NCBI GenBank assembly: GCA_963748015.1
Contig: CAVVHE010000009.1
Location: 416,001 to 480,000, forward strand
Source of the DNA: Terriglobia bacterium
GTDB taxonomy: Bacteria; Acidobacteriota; Polarisedimenticolia; Polarisedimenticolales; JAIQFR01
DNA length: 64,000 nucleotides
Reading direction: 5' to 3'
The notes under the pieces were generated by a model. That model made no database searches, was not told where the DNA came from, and saw nothing but the letters and a program-made list of their open reading frames with translations. This document shows, in pieces, positions 31,210 through 41,058 of the stretch; position 1 is the stretch's first letter; each line of letters begins with the position of its first letter. Made by a program: the position numbers and the translations under genes.

Positions 31210-31219
31210 TCGCGGGCAC

Positions 31220-31288
31220 AGGCCGGGACCAGGAGCGTCCTCGCCGCCCCGAAAAAGGGGCGTCTCCGGACGCTCCTGGTCCCGGCCT
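31220..31288. repeat. Nested-hairpin palindromic repeat, copy B
   Basis: Outer stem AGGCCGGGACCAGGAGCGTCC/GGACGCTCCTGGTCCCGGCCT; inner CGCCCC-GAAAAA-GGGGCG-TCTCC; lies between convergent genes. Confidence 0.8.
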
Positions 31289-31320
31289 CGGACGAGCAGC
31301 TGACGAGTCGAGGGTGGGGT

Positions 31321-32529
31321 CTACGCGGCGCCGATGCGGCGGGCGTGGGACTGGATCTGGTCCATCCAGCTCTTGAGGGCGGGGGCGTGCTCGCGCGGGA
31401 CGCACTCGCCGCAGATCTCGCTGGCGAGGGTCGCGACCGAGCGCCGACTCGACTCGAGGGAGGGCGTCCAGTCGGCCTCCCTCGAGAGATGGGACAGCAA
31501 TCCGTTGAGTTCGCTTAGACAGGCGGCGAGCTGAGCGAGGATCGCCTCGAGCACCGGCTCCTCGGGTGCCTGCTGCGGCCGGTAGAGCAGGTCGTGGACG
31601 GCGCGCAGCTCGCCCACGAAGACCATCGCGGTGCTCTCGAGGCGGCCGAGCAGGCGGTCGCGTGGCCAGTTCTCCTCGGCGCACGACGTGGCGATGGATC
31701 GCATCTCGGTGAACGCCAGGTGGAGGTTTGTCCTCACGCGGCCGAGGCGGTCCTCGAAGGCGATGTGATGGATCTCCTCGATCAGCTGCTCCTGGCGCCG
31801 GGACACGAGCTTCGAGACCAGCAGGCCGAAGAGCAGCAGGCCGGCGGCCCCCTCGGCGACCGCGATCAGGCGGGCGAGGCCGACCGGCACGACGTCGCCG
31901 TAGCCGAGCGACGTGGCGGTGACGAAGCTGAAGTAAATCGCGGCGAAGAGGCCGTGCCGGCCGGGGGCGACCGGCTTCCCTCCCTCGAGAAGCGCCAGCG
32001 CGCCGAGGGTGTTCGCCGTCCAATAGAACAGCCCGCAGCCGAGCACCATGAGCAGCCAGATCGACAGCAGGCCCGCGACCGACCGGCCGGTGACGAAATC
32101 CACGAGCGCGCCTGGCGAGACGCTTCGCGACGCGGCCTGGCGCCGCTTCGCCGGCGCCGCACCGGCGATCGAGGACGACTCCAGCGCCCCGCCGTTCTCC
32201 GTCCAATCTTGGAGGCCGCCGTGGTAGTGGCGCACGCGTGCGTAACCGAGTTCGCCGAGCAGGCCGACCGCCTGCTCGCCGAGCGGTCAGGTGAAGCCGC
32301 CGCAGTAGACCGCGATCTCCCGATCGAGGTCCGGCAGGACCTCGCGGGCGCGGCCGGTCACCTCGGCGAGGGGCAGGCTGATCGCGCCCGGGAGGTGCCC
32401 GCCCGCGAAGGACTCGGCGGGCAGCACGTCCACGATCGCGAGCCTTCGGTCGCCGATGCGGCCGGAGATTTCCTCACGGGAGATCTCGCGACCGGCGACG
32501 GGAGCGAGGGAGGCGCTCGACGAGGTCAT
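31321..32529 (-). CDS. Selenoprotein: rhodanese domain (YCGGFTU, Sec81 at UGA 32287-32289) fused to a 2-TM potassium-channel pore and helical C-terminal domain
   Basis: Rhodanese fold continues in frame across the TGA (GHLPGAISLP...VYCGGFT-U-PLGEQA..LLGELGY..VRHYHGGLQDW); SECIS-like hairpin follows; TATSLGYGD selectivity filter in the same frame. Confidence 0.85.
32256..32278 (-). promoter_or_regulatory. Bacterial SECIS-like hairpin
   Basis: 8 nt after UGA: CGAGCAGGC-GGUCG-GCCUGCUCG, perfect 9-bp stem with GGUC in the loop. Confidence 0.75.
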
Positions 32530-32536
32530 TCCCGGG

Positions 32537-33166
32537 TTACTTCTTTCGCTTGTACACGATCTCCATCGACTTGAATTCCTTCCCGTCCGGTCCCTTGTCG
32601 AACATCTCGGACTTCCAGTTGTCGGCGTCGATGATGGTGTCCAAGCCGCGAAGGGTCTTGACCTTGCCGGTCATCAGGTCCGGCCCCTCGCTGACGGAGG
32701 CGAAGGACCGCGTCTTCGGGTTGTACGTGCCCTTCCCGACCATGATCCCCGTGCCCATGTTGTCGATCCAGGCGAAGACGAACTTCTTCTTCAGGGTGTC
32801 GTATCCCGAGATCCCGCGCCCCTCGAACGGCATCCCGTTGAAGGTGCTGGTCGTCATGTCCTCGAGGTAGCGGCCGCCCATGATCATTCGCATCTCGGAC
32901 GTGCCATCGGAGACCTGGGGAGGCGCGCCCGGCGCCATCCAGAGCGTTACCTTCGCGCTCCAGGACCCGGCCCTCTGCGCGAGCAGCTTGTGCTCTTCCC
33001 CCGGCGTCATGTAGACGTTCCAATTTTCCATCATCGCCTGCTCCTCGGCGCTCATGGCGGGCTCTTTCTGCCCCTCCGCCGCTGCGCGAGCGAGAACGGA
33101 CGCGAGAGAAAGGGTGAAGACGGCCACGGCCACACCGAGCTGCAACGCACGGGTTGTCGATCTCAT
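32537..33166 (-). CDS. DUF1579 family secreted protein
   Basis: TPGEEHKLL...G.W, GGRYL, FEGRG..GYD, WIDNMGTG, M.I.Y.R; signal peptide. Confidence 0.85.
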   Translation of the reverse strand: MRSTTRALQLGVAVAVFTLSLASVLARAAAEGQKEPAMSAEEQAMMENWNVYMTPGEEHKLLAQRAGSWSAKVTLWMAPGAPPQVSDGTSEMRMIMGGRYLEDMTTSTFNGMPFEGRGISGYDTLKKKFVFAWIDNMGTGIMVGKGTYNPKTRSFASVSEGPDLMTGKVKTLRGLDTIIDADNWKSEMFDKGPDGKEFKSMEIVYKRKK

Positions 33167-33360
33167 CGAATACCTCCACCGGAAGACGCCTCGACGCCAG
33201 TCGGGGTCCTCGGGGCTGCTTTCCCAGGTGCTGATTTAGGACTCATTTGGTCCTTATTATGGGGAAGGAGAGCCCCGCGGTCAAGTGGGGCCCTTCCGGC
33301 CGGAGGGCGGCGGCGGGAGGAACGATCCTCGCCGCCGCCGGGAAGAAGATGTGCCGCCGG

Positions 33361-34695
33361 CTAGCCCAGCTTCGCCAACCGGTTCTTGAGGGACTCGATG
33401 CCGCGGGCGGAGACCTGCGACTTGGGCAGCGTTTCGGCGTAGGCGAGCGCATCCTGGAGCGCGGTCTTCGCCGAAGCGGTGTCCCCCTTCTTGTCGTAGA
33501 TCCTGGACTTCGTCACGAAAACCTGGATCTTGCGCGGGCCGTACACGAGCTTCATCGCGCGGTCGGCGGCGGCGAGGGCCTCGTCGTAGCGGCCCAGCTC
33601 GTTGAGAGCGATCGCGAGCCGCGCCGGCGGGTTGTAGTCCAGCGGGAGGTCCTTCTCGGACTGCTCCAGCATCGGGATCGCGTGCGCCGGATCACCGGAC
33701 TCGATCGACGCGTTGAGCCGGCCGGAGTCGAAGACCGCCCGGCCTTCGGGGGTCGTCGCGCGCGCCGCCTCGCCGTCGAGGAAGGCGAGCCACTCGGCCG
33801 CGACCTTCCTGGCGCCCTCCTTGTCGTCCGCGTCCTTCCGCGAACCCAGAAGCGTCGCGTAGAGCCCCGAGATGTCGTCCCCGGGGATGTCGATGCGAGG
33901 CGGGGCGAGAGCGTTCCGCACCGCGGCCTCGAACTCCGCGACGGCCGCCGCCTTCGCGGGCCCCTCGAGGCTCGTGGCGCAGTCGAGCCCGGAGAGCGCG
34001 ACGTTGGCGTAGTGCTGGTTCCTCTCCTTCGGCAGCTCCGCGCGGGCGAGGTCCACGCACTCCTGCGCGGTTTCCTTCTTGCCGAGGAGTCCGAGCAGCG
34101 ACTCGACGGCGCGGTCGCGCGGAGCCCATCCCTGCGGGGCCTTCGCGAGCGCGTCCTTGAACGCCGCGATCGCTTCTTCCTTCTTGCCCGCGCCCTGGAG
34201 CCGGTCGGCCGAGGCGAGAACCGCTTCCGCGCCGCTCCCCTTGTTCGCGTAGGCGCTCTCGCCGTCGTCGAACAGCTTCTCGAGCTGCGGCACGTTGGCG
34301 CTGCCGACCCAGCGCAGGACCGCCTGCTCGCTCTCGGGATCGATCACGAGCAGGGTGGGATAGGCCTCGATCGGGTACTTCTCGAGGAACGCCGCGTTAG
34401 CTTCTTTCTCGGTGTTGACGGTCAGCCAGACGAACCGCCCGGCTTGCCTTTCGAGCGCGCGATCGGTGAACACGAACGCGCGCATCGACTGGCAGCTGTG
34501 TCACCAGGGGGCCCAGGCGTCGACGAAGATCGGCAGCTTCTTGGTCCTCGCGTCGGTCAAGGCGCGCGCGTAGTCGTCCTCGACGAAGGGAAGGACCTCG
34601 GCGCGCTTCGCGCCCGGGGAGCCCGCGCAGGACGCGGCGAGCATGCCCGCGGACGCGATCGCCAGTCCGGCGGCGATGGCGTGAACGATTCGCAA
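33361..34695 (-). CDS. Selenoprotein: thioredoxin-like (WAPW-U-HSC, UGA 34501-34503) lipoprotein with TPR-like C-terminus
   Basis: AGGAGG RBS and TTG start at 34695; lipobox LAASC; IFVDAWAPW-TGA-HSC places Sec in the CxxC position; ORF continues in frame (AYPTLLVID cis-Pro motif). Confidence 0.85.
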
Positions 34696-34918
34696 CGGAG
34701 CCTCCTCTCGCGGGCGGTCTGAACCGCGACCGCCCGAACCCATGCCGGGGGAGATGATCCCACGAATCCCGCGAGGACGGCAACCGAGCGGGGGTACAAA
34801 AACCGACGCGGATTGCCGTCCCCTTCGGCCCGACGGGAGTTGCGACAACGGGGCTCGGATGCGGTCCCGTTTGGGGTATGCTCTGCCGGCGTCGGGAGCG
34901 GAGGGCGTCGGGACGGCG

Positions 34919-35512
34919 ATGGCTAAGCTCAGGGACCGGGTGAGCGTCGCGTGCGTCGTGCTCGCGGCCGCGCTGGCGGCGACGGGCGCGGCGGCGGCCC
35001 CCGTTTCTCCGGCGTCCGCGAAGCGGGCGGAGGAGCGGCTCGTCCAGGCGAAGGCGCCCCCCTTCTCGGAAGGGATCTTCCCCTGCAAGGAATGCCACGA
35101 CAAGCCGGGGGACAAGACGCGGCGCGAGCTGAGCTTCCACGAGGACATCCAGGGGATGTTCGACCACGACGCCGAGCACCGGTGGTGCCTCGACTGCCAC
35201 GACAACGCCGACCGCGACCTGCTGCACCTCTCGAGCGGCGACACGCTCCCGTTCACCGAGTCGTACCGCCTGTGCGGCCAGTGCCACGGCGACAAGTACC
35301 GCGACTGGCGCGCCGGGGTCCACGGCAAGAGGGTCGGCCACTGGGACGGCGAGAAGACCTACTTCCTGTGCGTCAACTGCCACAACCCGCACTCGCCGCG
35401 CTTCAAGGGAGTCGCCGAGATCGAGGAGGCGGGTCAGAAGACCACCGCCCCGACCCAGGAGCTCCTGAAGCCGGAGCCGCGCCCCCGGCGGCCCGAGGAG
35501 CAGCGGAAATGA
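34919..35512 (+). CDS. Small periplasmic multiheme cytochrome c (4 CxxCH)
   Basis: CKECH, CLDCH, CGQCH, CVNCH; signal peptide. Confidence 0.9.
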   Translation: MAKLRDRVSVACVVLAAALAATGAAAAPVSPASAKRAEERLVQAKAPPFSEGIFPCKECHDKPGDKTRRELSFHEDIQGMFDHDAEHRWCLDCHDNADRDLLHLSSGDTLPFTESYRLCGQCHGDKYRDWRAGVHGKRVGHWDGEKTYFLCVNCHNPHSPRFKGVAEIEEAGQKTTAPTQELLKPEPRPRRPEEQRK

Positions 35513-36426
35513 GCGCGCGAGGCGGCGGCAAGAGCGGCCCCCGCGGTCTCCCCGACACGGGGCGGCGAGACTTCCTGCGCATGGCGGCGGTCAGCACCGC
35601 CGCAACCGCCCTGACGGGGTGCGGGATCGAGGGGTTCCTCCGCAAGCACTTCCGCGAGCTGTCGAAGGACGAGCTGGACGCGGTCCTGAGGGGCGTCGAG
35701 AAGAGCAACCTCGCGCGGTTCGGGAAGGCGACGACGGTGGACGCGACGGGGCCGCGCGCGGGGGTGGAGTTCGGCTACGGGCTCGATCTCTCCCGCTGTG
35801 TCGGCTGCCGCCGCTGCGTGTATTCCTGCGTGAAGGAGAACAACCAGTCTCGCGAGCACCCGCAGGTCCAGTGGATCCGCGTGCTGGAGATGGACAAGGA
35901 GCACGGCGTTGATCTCGCGCACTCCGAGGTCTACTACGAGCCCGACCGCGTCCCGCAGCCCGGCAAGTTCTACTTCCCGGTGCAGTGCCAGCAGTGTCGC
36001 AATCCGCCGTGCGTGAAGACCTGTCCCACGGGAGCGACCTGGCAGGAGCCGGACGGGCTCGTCGTCATCGACTACGACTGGTGCATCGGCTGCCGCTGCT
36101 GCATGTCGGCCTGTCCTTACGGCGCGCGGCACTTCAACTGGGCGCCCCCGACGCTTCCCGCCGAGGAGTTGAACCCGGACCAGCACTTCCTCGGAAACCG
36201 CCCGCGTCCGAAGGGGGTCGTCGAGAAGTGCACCTTCTGCATCCAGAGGACCCGGAAGGGGCGCTACCCGGCCTGCGTCGAGATCTGTCCCGTCGGCGCG
36301 CGCAAGTTCGGGAACCTGCTCGATCCGGAGAGCGAGATACGCAGGGTGATCGAGACCAAGCGCGTTTTCGTCTTCAAGCAGGATCTCGCCACGGACCCGC
36401 ACTTCTACTATTTCTACGCGACGTAG
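35509..36426 (+). CDS. Tat-exported 4Fe-4S dicluster protein (NrfC/DsrO-like)
   Basis: GRRDFLR Tat motif; CVGCRRC..SC, CQQC.NPPCV..CP, CIGC..CM.ACPY, KCTFC, PACVE.CP. Confidence 0.92.
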   Translation: MSARGGGKSGPRGLPDTGRRDFLRMAAVSTAATALTGCGIEGFLRKHFRELSKDELDAVLRGVEKSNLARFGKATTVDATGPRAGVEFGYGLDLSRCVGCRRCVYSCVKENNQSREHPQVQWIRVLEMDKEHGVDLAHSEVYYEPDRVPQPGKFYFPVQCQQCRNPPCVKTCPTGATWQEPDGLVVIDYDWCIGCRCCMSACPYGARHFNWAPPTLPAEELNPDQHFLGNRPRPKGVVEKCTFCIQRTRKGRYPACVEICPVGARKFGNLLDPESEIRRVIETKRVFVFKQDLATDPHFYYFYAT

Positions 36427-36439
36427 CGGGGAAGGGGCC

Positions 36440-37669
36440 ATGCGCGGAGTGCTCGAGTTCCTGAGAGGCTGCGTCCGCCAGGTCCTGCGCGGCGGCGCGG
36501 CCTACTGGGCGTGGCTCGCGACGCTCGGCGTCCTGATCGCGATCGGGGCGTTCTCCTACGCGAACCAGTTCCGGCAGGGTCTCATCGCGACCAACATGCG
36601 GGACCAGGTCTCGTGGGCGTTCTACGTCGGCAACTTCACCTTCCTCGTGGGGGTCGCGGCGGCCGCGGTGCTCCTCGTGATACCCGCGTACGTCTACCAG
36701 TGGAAGCCGATCAAGGAGGTCGTGCTCCTCGGCGAGCTCCTCGCGATCTCGGCGCTCGCCATGTGCCTGCTGTTCATCATGGTGGACGTGGGACAGCCGG
36801 GCCGCGTCCTGCACATGGCCCCGTTCGTGGGGACCCCCAACTGGCCGGCGTCGCTCCTCGCGTGGGACGCCCTCGTCCTAAACCTCTACCTCCTGCTGAA
36901 CCTCGTGGTCGTCTCCTACATCATCTTCAAGTCGTACCGGGGCGAGGCGATCAACAACCGCATCCTGGTGCCGCTCGTGCTCCTCTCGATCCCGGTCGCC
37001 ATCTCGACGCACACCGTGACCGCGTTCCTCTACAACGGCATGGTGGCGCGGCCGTACTGGAACGCGTCCATCCTGGCGCCGCGCTTCATCGCGTCCGCCT
37101 TCTGCTCGGGGCCGGCGGTGATGCTGATCCTGTTCCAGATCCTCCGCCGAACGGTGAAGCTGCCGATCAAGGACGAGGCGATCTGGAAGATCGCGGAGCT
37201 GATGGCGTACGCGATGTTCCTGAACCTGTTCCTCCTCGGCGCCGAGGTGTTCAAGGAGTTCTACTCCGCCTCCGAGCACACCCTCTACACCCGGTACCTG
37301 TGGTTCGGGCTCGGCGGGCACAAGGCGCTCGTGCCCTACGCGTGGCTCTCCCTCGCCTGCAGCGTCGTGGCCTTCGTCCTCTTCCTGGTGCCGCGGACGC
37401 GCCGGAACTTCGCGACCCTGAACCTCGGCTGCGTCCTCATCTATGCGGGTGTCTACATCGAGAAGGGGATGGGCCTCGTCATCCCGGGGATGACGCCGGA
37501 CACGCTGGGGGAGATCTACGAGTACCGGCCGACGCTCACCGAGTGGGGCGTGGCCGCGGGGATCTTCGGCGTCGGCTTCCTCGTCTTCACGCTCCTCGTG
37601 AAGATCGCCGTCTCGGTCTATTACGGGACCTTCCGCTCGCCCGAGAGCGCGACCGGCGCGACGCACTGA
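36440..37669 (+). CDS. NrfD/PsrC/DsrP-family membrane anchor (quinol-interacting subunit)
   Basis: GL..TNM.D.VSW, NFTFLVGVAA, DVGQP.R, S.LAWD, HTVTAFL, PRF.ASAF. Confidence 0.92.
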   Translation: MRGVLEFLRGCVRQVLRGGAAYWAWLATLGVLIAIGAFSYANQFRQGLIATNMRDQVSWAFYVGNFTFLVGVAAAAVLLVIPAYVYQWKPIKEVVLLGELLAISALAMCLLFIMVDVGQPGRVLHMAPFVGTPNWPASLLAWDALVLNLYLLLNLVVVSYIIFKSYRGEAINNRILVPLVLLSIPVAISTHTVTAFLYNGMVARPYWNASILAPRFIASAFCSGPAVMLILFQILRRTVKLPIKDEAIWKIAELMAYAMFLNLFLLGAEVFKEFYSASEHTLYTRYLWFGLGGHKALVPYAWLSLACSVVAFVLFLVPRTRRNFATLNLGCVLIYAGVYIEKGMGLVIPGMTPDTLGEIYEYRPTLTEWGVAAGIFGVGFLVFTLLVKIAVSVYYGTFRSPESATGATH

Positions 37670-37812
37670 ACCGCTCCGGCGGACCCGGCTGTCACAGAGT
37701 GGCTCCCCCGCGGATTGATCCGGTGAACGCCTCCGGAGCGGCCCGGGCGACATTCGAACCCGGTCACGCTCTCCCGCGGAAGGGATGACGGAGGCGGCAG
37801 GGAGGACCGACA

Positions 37813-40185
37813 ATGCCGACCACCGGATCGCCCCAGCTTCTCGAGACCAGGGCCCGCGCGGGCCTCGTCGCGGTCGACGGCCGCGCGTTCCCGCTGAAGG
37901 GTGCCAAGATCGAGGCCCGCGCCGAGGGGGGCCTCGCCTCGACGACGCTCTTCCAGGAGTACGAGAACCCCCACGCCGAGCCCCTCGAGGTCCTCTACAC
38001 GCTACCGCTCCCGGCCGACGGCGCCGTCCTCGGCTACACGATTCGCCTCGGCGAGCGGACCATCACGGGACAGATCGAGAAGCGCGAGGTCGCGCGCGAG
38101 AAGTACCTCAGGGCCCTCGAGGAAGGGCGCGCCGCGGGGCTGCTCGAGCAGGACCGGGCGGACACGTTCACGCAGCAGCTCGGCAGCCTGCCGCCCGGCG
38201 TCCCGGTCCGGGTGGAGATCGAGGTCCTGCACCCGCTGGCCTTCCGGGTCGAGGCGGGGACGGACGGGCCGCGCTGGGAGTACCGATTCCCGACCGTCGT
38301 CGGCGTTCGCTACGAGGGGGCGCCCGGGCGCGTTCCCGACGCGGGCCGACTGGATGTGGACCGGGCGGACGGTCCCGGCACGCCGGTGCGGCTCGAGGTC
38401 GGGCTGGTCATCGCGGACGGGACGCCCGAAGGCGTAGCACCGCTCTCTCCCGGCCACGAGCTGGCCGTGTCGGGCCAGGACGGGGCGACCCGCATCGCCC
38501 TAGCGTCCCCCTCGCGCCTCGACCGCGACGTGGTCGTGCGCTGGCGGGCCGCGGGGTCCGAGGCCGGCGCCCGCCTCGTCGAGGGGCGAGGGCTCGCCGG
38601 GGACGACGGCCGCTACGCGGTCGTCACCCTGACCCCGCCGGCCGCGCCGTCCGCGAGTTTCGCGCAGGACGTGACGATCCTGATCGACGCGAGCGGCTCG
38701 ATGAGCGGGGAGCCGATCGAGCAGGCCAAGCGCATCGCCGAGGCGCTCGTCGCTTCCTTGAAGCCGGCGGACCGCTTCGAGCTCCTCGCGTTCGCCAGCA
38801 CGGTCACGCCGCTGACGCGGGGATGGGTCCAGGCCACCGAGAGCGGGATCCACGCGGCCGTGTGCCAGCTTCGCAAGCTGCAGGCCTCCGGGGCGACGGA
38901 AATGAGGGAGGCGATCCTCCGCGCTCTCGAGCCGCTCCGGTCCGAGGCGCAGCGGCAGGTGGTGCTGATCACCGACGGCGAGGTCGGCTTCGAGCAAGAG
39001 GTCGTGGCCGAGGTGCTCACGAAGCTCCCCGCCGGCGCGAGGCTCCACGTCGTCGGCATCGGCAGCGCTCCCAATCGCACCCTGACCCGCGGCGCGTCGC
39101 GCGCGGGACGCGGGATCGAGCTGCTCGTGGGGAACCACGAGGACGCGAACGAAGCGGCCGCGCGGCTCCGGCGCGCGACCGAGGCGCCCGTCCTGGCCGA
39201 CGTCGCCGTGCGCGGCTCCGCCGTCGCCGGCGTGGCGCCCGAGCGGCCCCGCGACGTGTTCGCGGGCCAGCCCGCGCTGATCGCCGTCGAGCTGAAGCCC
39301 GAGGGGGGAACGGTCGAGATCGAGGGGAGGCTCGCGGGGCAGGCCGCGCCGTGGATCGAGCGCATCGAGGTCCCGGCGCTCGCCGAGGCCCGGCCGGCGT
39401 CTTCGCTTCCGGCCGGCGCGTTCTACGGACGCGAGGCGGTCGAGGACTGCGAGATGCGGCTCGCGGCCGCCGACGCCGGCAAGGGATCGCGGGCGATGCT
39501 CGAGCGGATCGAGGCCGTCGCTCTCCGCCATCGCATCGTGAGCCGAAGCACGAGCCTCGTCGCGGTCTCCGAGGACCCGACCGTGGATCCTCGCGATCCT
39601 CGCCGCCGCCAGCGCCTCGCGGTCGAGCTTCCCGCCGAGGTTTCGGCGGAGGGGGTGGGGCTGGCGTGCGCTACCGGGATGCCGCGGTTCGCCGCCTCCA
39701 TGTTGACGTTGGGTGGTGGCATGGACGAGGAGCCCCTGAGGGAACGCCTCATGGTGGATTTCGATACGACAGGCGCGGAAGAAAAGGGCACCTACGCGTG
39801 CCAATCGTCGCCGCCGGCCTGGCGCGCAAAGAGCCTGCGGATGCTCTCCGGGTTGTTCCGCCGAGGGACTTCTGGCCAGCCTCTTCATCTCACGATCGAG
39901 GGCCGGGTCGTCCGCGTGGAGCCCGACCTCCTCGTCCTCGAGTTCGAGGTGCCGGACGGCGGGATCCAGCTTCCGCCCGACGGCTCCGAGGTCCACTTCA
40001 ACTGGGACACGCGGGAGACCACTGCCGCCATCGTCGTCGAGCAGCTCGGCACGAGGGCGGGGGAGCACGCCGAGGGGCTCACCGTGCGCCTGGCGCTACG
40101 CGGCGACCTCCGCAGTTCCGGCGGCTTCGTCACCTGGGACGACCCCGGGCGCGGCACGGTCATCCTCGGGTTCGAAGAGCCCTGA
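37813..40185 (+). CDS. VIT + vWA domain protein
   Basis: Q.YENP....LE..Y..PLP (VIT); ILIDASGSM MIDAS, GATE, LITDGEV, VGIG.APN. Confidence 0.9.
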   Translation: MPTTGSPQLLETRARAGLVAVDGRAFPLKGAKIEARAEGGLASTTLFQEYENPHAEPLEVLYTLPLPADGAVLGYTIRLGERTITGQIEKREVAREKYLRALEEGRAAGLLEQDRADTFTQQLGSLPPGVPVRVEIEVLHPLAFRVEAGTDGPRWEYRFPTVVGVRYEGAPGRVPDAGRLDVDRADGPGTPVRLEVGLVIADGTPEGVAPLSPGHELAVSGQDGATRIALASPSRLDRDVVVRWRAAGSEAGARLVEGRGLAGDDGRYAVVTLTPPAAPSASFAQDVTILIDASGSMSGEPIEQAKRIAEALVASLKPADRFELLAFASTVTPLTRGWVQATESGIHAAVCQLRKLQASGATEMREAILRALEPLRSEAQRQVVLITDGEVGFEQEVVAEVLTKLPAGARLHVVGIGSAPNRTLTRGASRAGRGIELLVGNHEDANEAAARLRRATEAPVLADVAVRGSAVAGVAPERPRDVFAGQPALIAVELKPEGGTVEIEGRLAGQAAPWIERIEVPALAEARPASSLPAGAFYGREAVEDCEMRLAAADAGKGSRAMLERIEAVALRHRIVSRSTSLVAVSEDPTVDPRDPRRRQRLAVELPAEVSAEGVGLACATGMPRFAASMLTLGGGMDEEPLRERLMVDFDTTGAEEKGTYACQSSPPAWRAKSLRMLSGLFRRGTSGQPLHLTIEGRVVRVEPDLLVLEFEVPDGGIQLPPDGSEVHFNWDTRETTAAIVVEQLGTRAGEHAEGLTVRLALRGDLRSSGGFVTWDDPGRGTVILGFEEP

Positions 40186-40206
40186 GAGCGAGGAAGGAGC
40201 TCTTCG

Positions 40207-40776
40207 GTGACTCCGATCGACGCTGCGTTCGCGCGGGCCCGGTACGGCGACCACGAGGGATTCGCCGACTGGGTCCGCGCGGCCGAGCGTCCGCTCCGGT
40301 CGAGCCTGCGGAGCTTCGCGCGGCAGGTGGACGTCGAGGCGATCGTCCAGGAAGGGCTCACGAGGATGTGGGTGCTTGCATCGAGGGTCGCGCTCGATGG
40401 TGAGAACGCTTCGCTCCGCTACGCGCTCAAGCTCGTGCGGAACTTAGCCCTCCGCGAGATCGAGCGGTCGGGCCGCTTCGAGCCGCTCGACCCGGGCGGG
40501 TCCGTCGCCGATCCCGGCCCTGCGGTCCAGCCCGAGCCGCCCCCCGACCCCGGCCTGCGCCGGGCGATCCTCGACTGCATCGGCCGCCTCTCGCGCAAGC
40601 CGGCGGACGCCCTCGCGGCGAGACTACGGGGCGACGGGATCGAGCCCGACCGCGTCCTCGCCGAGCGGCTCGGCATGACCCTCAACACGTTCCTCCAGAA
40701 CATCGTGCGCGCGAGGCGCTCGCTCGCCGGGTGCCTCGAGTCGAAGGGGATCTCGACCCGGGAGTACACGGCATGA
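40207..40776 (+). CDS. ECF-like RNA polymerase sigma factor
   Basis: DVEAIVQE, RNLA region 2; LAERLGMT.NT....I.RAR region 4 HTH. Confidence 0.7.
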   Translation: MTPIDAAFARARYGDHEGFADWVRAAERPLRSSLRSFARQVDVEAIVQEGLTRMWVLASRVALDGENASLRYALKLVRNLALREIERSGRFEPLDPGGSVADPGPAVQPEPPPDPGLRRAILDCIGRLSRKPADALAARLRGDGIEPDRVLAERLGMTLNTFLQNIVRARRSLAGCLESKGISTREYTA

Positions 40777-41018
40777 GCACCCCGGAACGCGACGCGCTCA
40801 TCGAGGCCGCGGCATCCTCGTTCCGCGCGCGGGAGGTGTCGGGGCGCATCCTCCCGTCGCCGGACTGGGCCGACCTCCAGCCTGAAGACCGCGACGCCCT
40901 GTTCGACCTCCAGCTCGCCTCGCGCCGCCTCGAGCGCGCCGCGCACCGGCGGGGCCTCAGCTCGACCGCCCGCGCGGTGCTCGCGCGGATCGAGCTCCTC
41001 GGGCAGGCGGGGGAGTGA
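40773..41018 (+). CDS. Small hypothetical protein
   Basis: ATGA overlap with sigma gene stop; MSTPERDALIEAAASSFR... Confidence 0.6.
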   Translation: MSTPERDALIEAAASSFRAREVSGRILPSPDWADLQPEDRDALFDLQLASRRLERAAHRRGLSSTARAVLARIELLGQAGE

Positions 41019-41058
41019 CGGAGAAGCTCGTAAAAAGGCCCGGTGCTCGGCGCCGTCC

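Noticed and set aside
32287..34503. Alternative genetic code (UGA as Trp/Gly) explaining the readthroughs
   Set aside because: Many genes in the window end normally at TGA, and the in-frame TGAs occur only at catalytic Cys-equivalent positions
34919..37669. Dissimilatory sulfate reduction (dsrMKJOP) call
   Set aside because: No dsrM/dsrK/dsrAB in the window; NrfC/NrfD-type modules occur in many other complexes
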